Shown: one piece after another, positions 49,522 to 62,659 of the stretch | Numbering within the stretch: position 1 is the first letter of the stretch | How the letters are laid out: each line of letters starts with the position of its first letter | Assembly (NCBI GenBank): GCA_052426225.1 | Contig: JBNJNM010000006.1 | Coordinates: forward strand, 496,001-560,000 | Origin: Zancudomyces culisetae HAW-14-8 | Lineage: Eukaryota > Fungi > Kickxellomycota | Direction: 5' to 3' | Length of the DNA stretch: 64,000 bases | The notes under the pieces: model-generated | What the model was told of the DNA's origin: nothing | Database searches by the model: none | What the model saw: the letters and a program-made list of their open reading frames with translations, nothing else | Program-made: the position numbers and the translations under genes

Positions 49522-51350
49522 CTAGTTTTCGATCATTGCTGGTGAATCTGAGTTGAACATGTTTGAAAAGAGTTCTGCAAACAAATTCGTGGGTCGGTTT
49601 ACCTTAATTCCAAAGTAAAGACTACCGATTTCAGTGAATAGCTATTTTTAAGTATAATAACAACAGATATTAAATAGATGTTAAAAAGAAAAAAATGGAT
49701 TGTCAACAAAACATAGAAATAGTTAAGATAAATATTAATTACCGGATCAAAAGACGAAGAGTAAGCGTTTAGGTAATGCAAATACATTCTCTTGCAAGTA
49801 CCAAAAGGAATCGAGGCACTTGAATTTGGATCGCCATCGCTCTTCTGAACACAAATTACCAATAGTTGGCACAAATTGACCAGGGGATACTCGGTGTTAT
49901 ATTCACATTTTAGTTTGCTGGAACCAGGCGCCATTTTTGATTCAAACGTTGTCAATCCTCCGTGTTTTGCCGAGGAAACAAATCCCTTAAAGCAATTGTT
50001 TGCACCATCTACATTTCCCATCGCTAGTAGTCTACCATTAACAGAATTAGGATTAGGATTAGATTTAGATTTAAGTTTAGAGCTAATGTTTATGCTATTA
50101 TTTTTATAATCCAAGTAATGCTCAGCTAGAGTTCTGCATCTCGCTGATGAATTTATACTATACAATTGTCACAAATAGCCAGCCAGCAGACCATCCCAAG
50201 TAAAATCGACCGACTATTCAATAGTAAATACCCGACTTACGAGAATACTCCTCTGCATAACAATATCCCAATGTCATCTAGCTCACATTCTTGAGACCAC
50301 TTCCAGTACATTTGCCCCAATGCCGTGGCACTTTCATTTGTTCCATACAGATAATTCTTTTCTGCAGAGACATAATTTCCTCCTATTTATCACGAATACC
50401 CTTACTTAGTACACTTCAAATGCGCAAGGTTGGTAAGTAACTGAAAAAACGTGATAAAGATAATATATTTCTAAGGGTTCTTTTTTTCCAGCATATAAAA
50501 AAAAAGAACTCAATCAGAATCAATTTTAACTAGTCTCTAAACAGAGGAGAGAGGAGAAGATGTGTATTTACCTAGACTAAAGATAGTGCCAAAGAAATGG
50601 TGTAGCTGTGGATCACCTGTTGGACTTTTATTTACCAATGTTGACCAGCTATTTAAGAAAGTAAAAGTATATATACATATATATCAGTACCAAACTAGGT
50701 AAATATATAAAGTATGAGTAGATATCAGATATAATGTTTGACCCACCTTATACTGTCACTGCATATCTTTTCGATATTTTTGTTTTCATACGGTAGCTCT
50801 CTTACGAGATCAAAAATTCGTTCTATTTCGTGTATTATACATTCAAAATCCATTAGTAAAGCCGTACATCTTCAAGAGTAGTAAAACAGGACCCCTACAA
50901 AAAGCATCTTATTACAGGCTTTTACTATTGTTTATACTAGTAGACATTGCATACCTTTGGCCTCTTGAGTGTTTGGAATCAACCTCTCCTTATAAATCAA
51001 AATCATCAGATTTGTTAGGTCGATAGCACTACCCCATACATTATGCTTCAAAAACTCCTTTGCTCCCGCGTAGCATAATGTAATTGCCTCTGAGTATTTT
51101 TTTGACTTTGTATATCTATACATAAAAGTATACCATTTTAATACAAATTAAATTGCACAAAATAAAACAATAGTAATAAAGACGTTAGGATTGATGTCTA
51201 TGATGGTATTGCGAGTTCGCTAAACGTTTGATTCATTTACCTTTTTACAACGGCCAACAGCGCTTGATGTCCCTCGTAGAATTTATTATCGTTGATGCTT
51301 TCCAGCAAATGATGTAGTATTCGGTTCAGTCTCTGCTCGGAGGAACTCAT
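49522..51350 (-). CDS. GET4: Golgi-to-ER traffic protein Get4 (multi-exon)
   Basis: FYEGHQALLAV.KRY, GSAIDL, GDPQLHHFFG, PLVNLCQLL, C-terminal IGSLYFGI...NLFAELFSNMF. Stop at 49522-49524. Confidence 0.9.
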
Positions 51351-52127
51351 TCTATTTTAGCTTGTACTTTGATGTGTTTCTATCTGTTTACTTTTTACTC
51401 AAAGTGGAGAATGGAGGGGAGTTGGAAACAAAAGTATATTTTAGATGAAAAACTGTTTACAATTTGCAAAATTGCTTTATATTGAAAATTGTCAAAAATT
51501 ACTAAAGTGTTGCCAGCTGGCGAATAAAAAATCGACTTTTGAAGTACTGGGCTGCTTGCAAAATAGAAGCCAGTCAACCAAACTAGATCCTATACCGGCA
51601 CTAGGGCAAGCACCATTTCTCTATCCCCAAAAGGGTGAGTCTACTCTCGCTAAACCCTTTGGTGTGGAGGATATACTGTCTCACATGTAGAAGTAACCAT
51701 TATTTTGCTTTCATATACTCACAGGGATGCATTGATGTTAGACAAAGCTATGACATAGTTAATTCTGTCAAAACCAGCTTCTTAGACTTTTGGCACTTTT
51801 TTTTTTCCCTTACTCTTCCGAACCAGCTTTCTAGTTATTTTAACCGCAAGATTGGTCCGAGTATTGAATTTATCTTCCCAATCCAGATAATTGCCGCTAA
51901 ATAAATCAAATATAGCCACTGATTTCATGTAAAAAAAAATAAAAAATTTTTTTTTGTTAAAGCGTACAACATCGAAAATCTCGAGTAAAAGGTAAGAATA
52001 AAAGCATATTTCACTACAACTGTACTACTATTACCAAAAACATCAGTTACCAAAAGAAAAAAAACTCATTTTCCTCTTTATCACGATTTCTCTAGTATTT
52101 ATATAAAACCGGCAGTGTATACAGAAA

Positions 52128-53059
52128 ATGGTAAGTTCCTCCTATCTCTATATCCTTCGTACCTGTAGTAACCACACGCAGTAGTTTTTTTTGTTAGATA
52201 CTTTTCCGAGTATGGTTACAGGAATTATTTCCACCAGTTTTCGATCACACTATTTACAGGCTTAATATATCTAGGTTTAAGTGGATATGTGATTCTTATT
52301 ACTTTTCTACTAAATATAGGGTAAAGCTAAAAAGACAAGAAAGTTTTCAGTACAAAAAAAGTTGCTCAGTCCCCATGATCCCAACTTGTAAGCCTTTTTT
52401 TTTACCAAAAAATCTTTAGTAAATCTTCTATACATCTTTGTCTAAAATGTCAAAAAAATGTAGAGTAGCTTAATTGTTTCATTTGTATTATCATGATACG
52501 TTTTTTGACTTTGGCTGACAAATTGTGATGTAAAAATAGGAAAAAAAACAAACAAAAAACCGAGGAGAAAATCAAAAAGGAAAAGGCCTCAAAGGTTAGA
52601 AATATACCTAAAGAACATGTAGGCATGTTCTTCCAATACAACAAGTCGTTAGGTCCACCATACAGTGTACTAGTAGATACCAATTTTATAAACTTTTCTA
52701 TCCAGCACAAAATCGAACCAATACAAGGGATGATGGACTGTCTATACGCGGAATGTACACCAATAATTACAGATTGTGTGCTTGCTGAATTGGAGAAGTT
52801 GGGGCAAAAGTATAGAATAGCGTTAAGAATAGCTAAGGATCCAAGATTTGAGCGAATGAAATGCTCACACAAGGGAACATATGCTGATGACTGTATTGTT
52901 GAAAGGTGCCTACAAAGTCGCTGCTATATAGTGGCAACATGCGATAAGGGACTGAAACAAAGAATCAGAAAGATTCCTGGTATTCCTATTATGTATGTTA
53001 ATAAGCACCGGTATACCATTGAAAGACTTCCAGAAGCTTATGGTGCTCCGAAAGTCTGA
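52128..53059 (+). CDS. FCF1: SSU processome PIN nuclease Fcf1/Utp24 (3 exons)
   Basis: Exons 52128-52130 (ATG only), 52320-52387 (GKAKKTRKF), 52540-53059. Motifs LGPPYSVLVDTNFINFS, CSHKGTYADDC. Confidence 0.96.
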
Positions 53060-53156
53060 TTTGTAAACAAAGTTCCTGGAAATTAGAGTAACCAATGCAT
53101 AATTGTGACCGAAATGTCGTACATCCCTTGTAGAGATACGTTATTAATATTTTTAT

Positions 53157-54233
53157 TTAGTTAAACATCTGGTTAAACATGCTAACATTTGTATCTAACA
53201 ACACTTTAAGAATCGATTGTGGTTTTTCGTTGCTAGATTTAGAAATACTTGTATTTAGGATATTTATTGTATCTGTTGCGATTTTTTTATATTCTGGTAG
53301 TAAATCCTCTGAACAATAGTAATAGTAGCAGTGGTTAAGTTTGAACTGTTGTCCACCAAACCCTTGTATTTTCTTTGCATCTGCTAGATACTGCAGAGCT
53401 TCTTTGCTGGCCTCGTTTATGAGTTTGCTCGTGATAATGGTATTAATCACTTTGGTACATCCATTGTGAGCGGAAAATGTCTGCACAATCTCTCTTACAA
53501 ATTCCTTTTGTGACCATATGCATAGTTGGATTGCAGGTGTCAGTGTTGTTTTAATAAGATGAATAAAAGCTTCTACAGAAGGGCTCTTCTCTTCACCAGT
53601 CGAGTCAGATAGCTTATCACACTCTTCAACTAATCGTGCTAGAGCAGCTTCTGTAGTAAGACAGGTAGTATCCTGTAGCATGATGTATGGAAGCTTGCCT
53701 ATTAAAAACGTTCAACACAATGAAATTAGTTTGATATGAAGGGGTATTCATAGTATACCCTTAAAGCTATTGTATGTAGGACGTAATAATAGTCGTGAAA
53801 ACGATTATTTAGGTCATTGTGATTTAAATTCTATTATAAAACAAGAGATAATACCATCAGGGGAAGCTTCGGAATCCACGGTATAGCGGATCTCATATTT
53901 CAGATCTCTTTCCTTAACTATATTCTAATCACATACAATAAAGTTCAAACTAAATCCAATACAAGAATTTCAATTTCCTCCCCGCCTCCTTTATGTTGGA
54001 AAGAGATAAAAGTAAATATGTAAAAACATAGATATGCATACCACAAAGAAGAAGCTTGCAACATCGAACCATCTGCTAGAGCCTACTGTCGGTGGATAAA
54101 CGTAGATTATTGGCAAATCGTTGACTACCGGCTTATATAGAGGCTCAAAAGTGACTCGTGGGGTTTTTAATTCCTTTAGACAGTTGGAAATATCGGTAAA
54201 TATGTTGAAGCTCTGATTGTTGTCCTCCTCCAT
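53157..54233 (-). CDS. Metaxin/Sam35-like GST-fold protein (3 exons)
   Basis: Exons 54233-54042, 53924-53855, 53698-53157 give WFDVASFFFVNIVKERDLKYEIRY...EASPDGKLPYI and AFIHLIKTTLTPAIQLCIW, resembling metaxins. Confidence 0.6.
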
Positions 54234-54764
54234 TTTGGTAATAATGTTTCTTTTAAAGAGTTATGTTGTACTTTTTTTAGTGAGATTTGACCCCTTTAGG
54301 GATGATTATAAAAAATAAAGGGATTAAAATATGGTGTAAATATACTGACAAAGTCTGGGCGAAAATCCAAGTTTATCAGAGCTCGATTAATTCAATTAAA
54401 GATAAAAAGATTTATCCCCAGTTTAGTAAATATAGCTTTTCCAGTGATTTTACTCATGATCAGCAAATTTCGGGGGACAAAAACTGCTGGATATAAATCG
54501 GTCTTTGGCAACTGGTCAAATTAGGATACTTATTTTTTTTTGTATATATGACAAAATAAACTATTGAACACAATTTGAAATAATAATAAACGTTGGAGCC
54601 TTGTAATATTTATCTTCATTTACTTTTCAGAGGACAAAGCAAGTGACAGCTGGTAATGATAAACTTTACTTAATTTAGTATAGCGGGAAAAGTATAAAAA
54701 TATTGTCCATAAGTAGAAAAGCCAGCAACTGGCCAAAGGAGAAAAGGACAAAACAAGGAAGAAA

Positions 54765-56006
54765 ATGAACAATAACGAAATACCACAGATATTAGCGATA
54801 TTCTTAGCAAAATTCGATCCGAGTATAGGTCCAATGATCGAATATGTAGTTCCAAAGGAGAAGACGCCGGAAATAGTGGAAGATTTGCGAAACAACAGCA
54901 GAGAAAAGCTACTCATAGATTTCAAATCAATCACACAGCTACTTTTGCCCAATCAGGTATTATACCAAAAGCTAATAAAAATTAGGTCGAACGACCACTA
55001 TGTGATGGGATACCCGGTTGGGGTATCGGGAATGGGAATATATGAAAGAAACACTTTGTTGTTCAATTTGTGTTTTGTGTTTGAAGGATTTGCAAAGCTA
55101 AATGTGTACGATACAGTGGTAAGAAAAGTTGGACAGCTATTTAAAGAGCTAGAGATTAATTCTGGATTCATACGGAACAAAAAACACTTGAAAAGTCTGG
55201 TAATGATCACAGAAAAGCTTATGGAAGATCTGAACATGTTTGGAGAGAGCCAGCTTTACATTGAAGTGGCACAAAACCAGAGCTTGGAGTTCAATTTCAA
55301 ATTGTTTCCTAGGCCAAACATTATTGCAGAAAAGATAAACAGCTATGACGTGCCAATATTAGTTGTTAAAGATTTCTTGGGTGAAGAACAAGCCAGACAA
55401 GACTTGAGTATGGATCGAGTGTTGAAATTTATTAATAATGTAAACCACGTCAAGAGGATAGCACAATTATCAGATGTTCCAATTCAAAAAGTAGTGAAAA
55501 TTCTACAGCATTTGCAAAGAGATGGCTGTATTAAGCTTACAGAAATCTTTCAATTTTGTAACCGATATGTGGTAACACCTAAACTGTATGATCTTATTAA
55601 CAATGATGTACTGCAAGCTCAATGCCTTACAACAATTACACACTCGAATTGCGCTGACAAACCGTCAATGCCCTTTGTGGTCCGATTGTACAGCACACTA
55701 AGGCCAGATACCGAAATCTTGTATTGGATGTTAGGACTAAGGCAACAAGTCGACTGGGATAACCAGATAGATATAAGGAAATTTATTAATTTTGGGGTAG
55801 TAAATGAATTTGTGCGACAGGTAAGACAGTATCCAGTTCTAATAAACGAGAATGCTGTGAAAAACACCTGGGACAAAAAACTACTCGCTCTTCTGGACGG
55901 TTCTCACCACCTCGACGAAATAGCGTTCGAGCTGAACACAGATATCTACACATTGGTAGATCTGTTTAATAGCCGCATCGACGCTGTTAGAATGTACCAG
56001 CGTTAG
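54765..56006 (+). CDS. NPR2: GATOR1/SEA subunit Npr2
   Basis: AIFLAKFDPSIGP, GYPV...YERNTLLFNLCFV, VVRKVG..FKELE, FINNVNHVKRIA, IFQFCNRY, LLDGSHHLDEI. Confidence 0.93.
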   Translation: MNNNEIPQILAIFLAKFDPSIGPMIEYVVPKEKTPEIVEDLRNNSREKLLIDFKSITQLLLPNQVLYQKLIKIRSNDHYVMGYPVGVSGMGIYERNTLLFNLCFVFEGFAKLNVYDTVVRKVGQLFKELEINSGFIRNKKHLKSLVMITEKLMEDLNMFGESQLYIEVAQNQSLEFNFKLFPRPNIIAEKINSYDVPILVVKDFLGEEQARQDLSMDRVLKFINNVNHVKRIAQLSDVPIQKVVKILQHLQRDGCIKLTEIFQFCNRYVVTPKLYDLINNDVLQAQCLTTITHSNCADKPSMPFVVRLYSTLRPDTEILYWMLGLRQQVDWDNQIDIRKFINFGVVNEFVRQVRQYPVLINENAVKNTWDKKLLALLDGSHHLDEIAFELNTDIYTLVDLFNSRIDAVRMYQR

Positions 56007-57300
56007 TCTTGTTCATATTCTTCGTATTCCTCATACTCCTCAGGCTCTTCTAGTTCCTGAGGTTCTTTTGGCTCTTCGTCTTCTCCATACTGGATTGCAT
56101 TGTCTGCATGACTAACTACATAGCCTATGCTGTCTTCATCTCGTATATTCAGCGGAATAAAACTGACTATACTGTTATCATCGATTACTCGTACCAATGC
56201 CTTATTTAGCTCCATAAATTTGCTGCTCATTACTTTGCTGCTCTCTTCCATCAACAGCTGGCTATCAGGATCCATGTATTTTTCGACTTCTCCCTTATTT
56301 TCCACCAGATCCATTTTTGTCATTACGTTGATGAATGGGATCTCTATATTACACATTGTTGCCATTGAGCTTGTTACTCCAGCAAAATACTTGCCTATAT
56401 CTTCCATAAATTGGCTCTCCAAGCAATAAACACCGACTATTCTGTAGTCATATGAAGATGTCAGTATGTAGCATATCTGCTTCATCACTCGGCTATGCGT
56501 GTACAACTCTATTTGCCCAGGGCAGTCGATTATTAGGTAGTCATCTGAGTAGTCTCCCAATTGCTCCGATAACCAGTCAATGTTTTCCAACAAGTATCTA
56601 TTTTTGGTTGTATTAATGGTTTCTTTTTAAAAAAATTTCTTTTAGCTGGTTTATGACTTTTATAAGGTAATCCTTATGGATATTAAAATCAGTATTTTTA
56701 CTTGTTATAATCACTAAGATTAAGGTTCTTAGAATGTAAATGGTTATTCTCTTACTCGAAACAATACATTAAACCCCCGTTTGGGCCATAGTCTAATTCA
56801 TCCATAACATCCTCCAGTGTGATCAAATCTCTAATATCTGCAAGTTATTGTCGTTGTTCAATACCAGAGCTTTTAGATTGATAGTATAATAAATGGATAA
56901 AACTTTTTGCGATATTTTATAACACTTTTGTCAAATAGACCTACCAATGCTAGGGGTATACTCAAATTTTTCAGCCGCTGGATCCAAATTCACCAAATGT
57001 ACACTTCTTTTTATGTTTGTATAGTGATTCATTATTGTTGCGCAATACGTGGACTATCGAATTATAAAAAAGATACTGTTATTGCCCAGCCTAACTTTCA
57101 CTTGTGACTTTTGAGCATAAATAAACTGTGGATATAAAATTTAATCTTTTTAGATGAGGCTTACTTTTCCACTACCTGCTGGTCCCATTACCAATTGACA
57201 ATATTTACCCCTATTTAAAATTAATGGTTTTAAATACAATTTAAGAATTCTTACAGATCTTTTCTTTAAAAATGCTGTAACTGCAAATTCGAACCTACAT
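56003..57300 (-). CDS. GPN3: GPN-loop GTPase 3 (5 exons)
   Basis: Exons 57300-57299, 57210-57165, 57053-56945, 56837-56756, 56597-56003. [58 protein letters not shown]. Confidence 0.95.
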
Positions 57301-58367
57301 TTTGCCTCAGAGTATCGCTAAAGGTATTCGGCTATATTTTTTGTATATTCGCCTCGCCAATCTTGGATCGAGTCTCGTCGTTTAAACTGTTATGTTATCG
57401 AAGCGTTTCTGAAATCGTTTCTAAAATCTTTTCAAGTTGGTTGCTATATTTATGTATTTTTGTTAGCTATTTTGGCAAAGAAAATTATTTCAATTTTTCT
57501 ACTCCTTAGACCTTAGAGGTTGATCGTTGAGTTCGAAACAGACCTAGAACATTTAAACGTAGCTATTGGGCAGCGAAAAGAAAAATTGTGTGTTAAAGCT
57601 ACCTTTTTTTTTTGGACAAAAAAGCACAAATATACGCCAACTTTTTGGGGAAAAAATTTTTTTTACAGTTTGTACATTTGCACTTTTAGTGGTGAAAAGT
57701 TAAAGCAATCAGTAAATTGGAACATGGCTTTTATATTAGTTAAATGTTGTAAAGATACATAGTGTGTGACATCAGCTACATATACAGAGAATGAAGTATG
57801 CGATTAAATATATTGTTTCTATTCGGTCACAGTACCAAGCATAGCAGTAGACAGTTTAATCCATCTTCTCCTACCCCAAAATCGCAAATATCAAGACTAA
57901 TTATCTCTCCTTAATTGTTATGGGGGTATCGATATGTGGTTTCGTTATATAAACCGGCCCAACCATACCCCAATATCTGTAATTGCTAAAGATGAACGCT
58001 CCAGATACCCATGTGGTATTCGGGATGTGAAAACCCATATGTATTAGAAAACAATCAGCAGAATACAATTACAGTTTTCGCTTTATTCCAATTTTTTTTA
58101 TTTTCTTCCAGTATATATTGATAGTTATATCGATTTGCCCGAAAAAAATTAATCAGAAGCCAAAAAAAAATAATTCATCAGTTGCTTATTGATAGACCAG
58201 ATTTTTTTTGATTATTTCAATTCATTAAATCCAAATCAAACTTACTCAAGAGAAAAGAAGGTGACAGATTCATACGCTTCGAGAGAAAGCTGTAGATAGT
58301 GTTATAACAACGAATACTTGGATATTTTATCAAGAGGTCAAAACGAAAACCACGTGTAAAGAATAAA

Positions 58368-58865
58368 ATGAATTTGAGAATAAAATCACAAGCAATTGCA
58401 GTGAGCAGGTTATTGCATACAACCGCAATTAGAAAAGCTGGCGGTAGTAGCGGTGGTAGCAGTGGCGGTGGTGGAAAGGATTATAACAAAGTAACATTGG
58501 ATTCAAGACACGAGCAAATTAAGAGACTTTTGTTTGACCAAGCTCCAAGCACTCTTCCAGAAATGAGCGAAGCAGATTTGGATCGTCATTTTACCATTGA
58601 ACGGGCGAGAATCATCTTGAAAAAGGAGCAGAGTAAAGCACGGAGAGAAGAGAGAGAGGGTAAATTCAATGCTATGGTTGCGGCTCTCAAAGAACTGGAA
58701 AATACCGATTTAGCTTTGCTGCACGATGCCTGCTTGAAATCAAATGTCACAAAGTTTCCTCTGCAACTTCGAGTACCTACTGAAACCCCACCCAAGGTTA
58801 TTTGGCAATATAAAGCACTTTCTAATCAAGCTAATAATGGTAGTGGTGCTGCAAGCAATAGCTAA
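58368..58865 (+). CDS. MRPL28: Mitochondrial ribosomal protein mL40 (yeast MRPL28 family)
   Basis: Presequence, then RHFTIERA...M..ALKELE...L..A...FPLQLRVPTETPP. Confidence 0.8.
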   Translation: MNLRIKSQAIAVSRLLHTTAIRKAGGSSGGSSGGGGKDYNKVTLDSRHEQIKRLLFDQAPSTLPEMSEADLDRHFTIERARIILKKEQSKARREEREGKFNAMVAALKELENTDLALLHDACLKSNVTKFPLQLRVPTETPPKVIWQYKALSNQANNGSGAASNS

Positions 58866-59267
58866 TCGCTATCAAAAATTAGAATAAAAAAAGGCTTGAC
58901 TTATTTCTTTCTCAATAGTCAACTAGATATGGTCATGGATCAAAGGAGTGGTTTAAATAAACGCCAACTGAGCTATGTGGATGGTAACCATGACATATGC
59001 CAGATTATTACTGTTACTTTTTTATTTTACTTATTGTGATGAGTGTACCCTCTTAACTTATTAGATATTTACATGTTTATAAAAGCTATACTTTGTCTCT
59101 ATACCTTTACAAATAAACAACAAGTATTGCATAAAAACGGGCGGGAAAATGGTTGTGGAGTATGTTGTAAGTACAGAAAGATAACTCTAATCACTCCTAT
59201 TGTTTTTCCTCAAAAAGGAAATATCACAATACCCTTCTATTCCTGATAAAAGGAATGGAGGAGATGG

Positions 59268-60935
59268 CTAGTTAAGTTCAACTATTCTTGGATGTGCACA
59301 TGTCTTTTCTGTAGATTCATCACCAACAACCTTGAAAATATTATCAGCTTGGCTTTCTTCCTTATCTTGGGGTGATGTGATACTTGCCCTCTCAACTTCA
59401 AACCGTTTTTTTAGCATGGTAATGTAATTCAGATGGAATTCCAATTCACTTAAGGGATGGTTGGAATTTGTGTCTTTCAAAGTGTCTTCGTTTAGCATTG
59501 TATTTAGGAGTGATAGATAGTAGTACAGTCTGTTTGATGCTCTAGTGGATTTCTTGATTGTTTGGAGTATGGTTTTCGCATTACGCTCGGAAGTGTCATT
59601 GAGCTTATTTTCACAGGATGTGATTATATGGCTGGTGAACCTAAATAAGTCAGAGATGGCGCATAAAGGACCATCCCTTTTGGAAAGTATGGCTTCAATA
59701 TCAGATAAGCACAGTATTTTTTCGGCAAAGCCAAAACTAGTCGGTTGTATCTACAAAAAGAATTTTGAAATTAGTCTAGTTTATATATATCTCCTTTTTT
59801 TGAAACTAAACAAGGGGGCACATGTTTTTGTCAAAAGAATGACAAATTAAATTTTATTAGCGCGTTATAGTATAATATAATTACAAATGAACTAACCTTT
59901 TCAATAAAACCAAGTCCTAGGTATATTGGCTCTTCGATTGTTCGGAACACTGGTGCCTTTTTCAGCTCCAGGTGCGGTACTGTGGCAAAGAGTAGCTTCG
60001 TGGCATCCTCAGTAAACAGTATAAACTCTCCTTGAAATACCCGATATACATATACATATCCCAATCTATTTGGTTTTTCTAGCGCTGTTATTATTGTACT
60101 TTGGAATACAGAGCAATTTAATGAAAAAACTCTGATCCAAGATTGATGGTGTTATTCTTGACATAATCAAGCAAATAATACTACCATACATGCTCTCAAA
60201 CAAACAATCTACATCACAAAGAAAAAAATATACTTACATAACACCCATTAGCTGGTTGAATACAGATGGATGTGCTTTCTTGTTTGATATTTGAGATAAC
60301 AGTTTTACGTCTCTGTAGGCTGCCGGAGACTGTAAATATTCTTTTTTATTCTGATACGTTTCCAAAAGGTCAACTTGTTTATCTAGCGTCGTTGTATCAT
60401 TTTCACCATCCTCTGTGAGCACAACTGATGGTTTCTGAGGATTTTCCCACCAAGGGAGATGTTGTTGAATAGCTTGCTCGATTATGTCCTTTCCTTCTTG
60501 AGTATTAGAATAGCTGCTTCCAAAGAGTTGTTGAAATTCTAGCTTACTTGGTTCATCCAAGTTCTCCCATATTTCTTCAAAACTTGCATTATTCAGATCT
60601 ATTCTGCTAATTTTTTCAACAAAATCGTAATACTCGGCATCGTTGCTATCAATCATTTCTTGATAGTGTTGATTGATTATTTTCGAGATTTTCTTTTTCT
60701 CATCTTCAGTAGGACCATTTTCTGAGAGTGTCGAAACGATCTGTTGTTTATAGAAGCCCTCACTACAACCCGAATGGTTCTTTCCCTTGTAGCATTCCAC
60801 GGAACAGTAGCCCTTTTCGCACCTGGGACATGTGTATTTTGCATTTCTCTCGTTGCAAAAACCACATGGTTTTAGATCCTTGTTGGGTCCTTCACCCTTT
60901 TCTTGTTCTTTTTTCTGACCTGCTTTACTTTTCAT
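59268..60935 (-). CDS. ZNHIT2: zf-HIT protein, ZNHIT2-like (3 exons)
   Basis: CGFC....AKYTCPRC...YCSVECYK..H..CSEGFYK, IWENL...FQ, PWW. Exons 60935-60238, 60065-59897, 59750-59268. Confidence 0.85.
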
Positions 60936-61464
60936 TTCTTGGTTTTATTATTCTTCAATGCCTGCCATTCGACCATTTTAACCTTGGATATCCCATTATT
61001 TGAAGTTATATGAACCATTAAAAACTTGTTCAGTAAAATCAAATTCGATTACCCTCATCTCATTCAGCTAAAAAAAAATTCCCACCATTTAGCATCAGTA
61101 TTTACTCGGACTAAAAAATGAATGCTCTAACAACACCACTAATGGTTAGCTGGAGTCTCTCGGGCCCTTTTGCTTTAGATTTTTTCATGAGCATCTGCTG
61201 AAATAGAGCCGATAGAAAAAACAAATTAGGTGCGAGAGAAGGGTAAGAAAAAGGCAAGAAAATAGCATTTACATTATCCCCTTAGTTAGGGGTTGTTTTT
61301 ATTTTTTTAAATAAAAGAGCGCAAATTGTAGAACGTTTAAAAATCCCTCTCCCTTAAACGATAATAGATAATCCACAAAACGTTCGGATAATGAAAACAA
61401 ACAATGAAAATAAATCCATGCGTTGACAAGATAGCGGGTTAATGGAATCGTGATCCTAGCAGAT

Positions 61465-62659
61465 TTAAATGACATGTTTAAACAAATATGAAACAGATTC
61501 TCCGTTGTGTGTCCTTCTGATGGCTTCAGCAAACACAGGTGAAACGTCAATAGTATCTAATTTATTACACAGCTTCTTTTTATGCTCATGTGGAATGGTA
61601 TTTGTCACAACAACTTTTGTCAACACACTATTGTTGATGACATCAATGGCCTTTCCTGACAATACACCGTGGATCACAATAGCATACACCTTTGAAGCAT
61701 GGTTGTCCATCAAGGTCTTCGCGGCAAGTCCCAAAGTTCCGCAAGTGTCGGCCATATCATCTACCAGGATGGCGATTTTGTTTTTGACATCTCCAACCAA
61801 AACCATTCTAGAAACTTCATTTGCCTTCTTTCTTTCCTTGTGAATCAACGCAAAGTCGAGGTCCAATCTGTCAGCTATGGATGTTGCTCTACACATACAC
61901 ATCGTTTTTTTTCTTGTTCTTATATCATGATTTCAACAATATGTGGTGGAGTTGAAATAAAAAATATCAAACAGCTTTAAAGAAAGATAATCTTACCTCT
62001 TTGCTCCTCCTGCATCAGGGGATACAATTACTGCGTTTTTATAGTCTGGAATGTTCTCCATAATGTATTTTAATACGGATGGTTCTCCATACAGATTGTC
62101 GACTGGTCTATCAAAGAACCCTTGGATTTGACTCGCGTGCAAATCCATTGTAATTACGTGGTCAGCACCTGCAACTGTCAACATGTTTGCAACAAGCTTG
62201 GCAGTAATTGGAGCACGGGATTTATCCTTTTTGTCTTGTCTAGCATATGGGAAGCATGGAATAACAGCACAAATGTTTCTTGCAGAGGCCGTTTTACATG
62301 CGTTTATCATAATTAGAAGCTCCATGAGATTGTCGTTTATCTCATCGCAACCTGATTGAATAATGTATACATCCTCGTCACGAACCGATTCACCAATCAC
62401 CACAGCTGTTTCGTGGTTCGAGTATTTTGTAACTGTAACCTTTGAAAGCTCAAGCCCCAGTCGTCTATTTGCATTGTTCATGTTGTTTTTTTTATTAGTA
62501 CAACCATTGAAAAGGCTGAACTGAGTATATTCACAGCATATACAATATTTAATAAATATATGATCAGATAGTTCATTTTTTTCTGTCTTACTTTACAATT
62601 AATTTGGATAATTCTGGGTGGGAATTTCCACTTAAAATCTTGATTGAATTCGAGGCCAT
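61465..62659 (-). CDS. PRS: Ribose-phosphate pyrophosphokinase (3 exons)
   Basis: Exons 62659-62592 ([15 protein letters not shown]), 62464-61997, 61888-61465. Motifs [36 protein letters not shown]. Confidence 0.97.

Noticed and set aside
53855-53990. In-frame TGA readings (possible Sec codon) and a GC donor in the metaxin-like gene
   Set aside because: A gtatgc donor at 54041 and TAG acceptor at 53925-53927 give an uninterrupted frame without UGA.
57280-57300. GGTTCGAAT T-loop-like motif on the minus strand
   Set aside because: It is the GPN3 first intron donor region and no cloverleaf forms.
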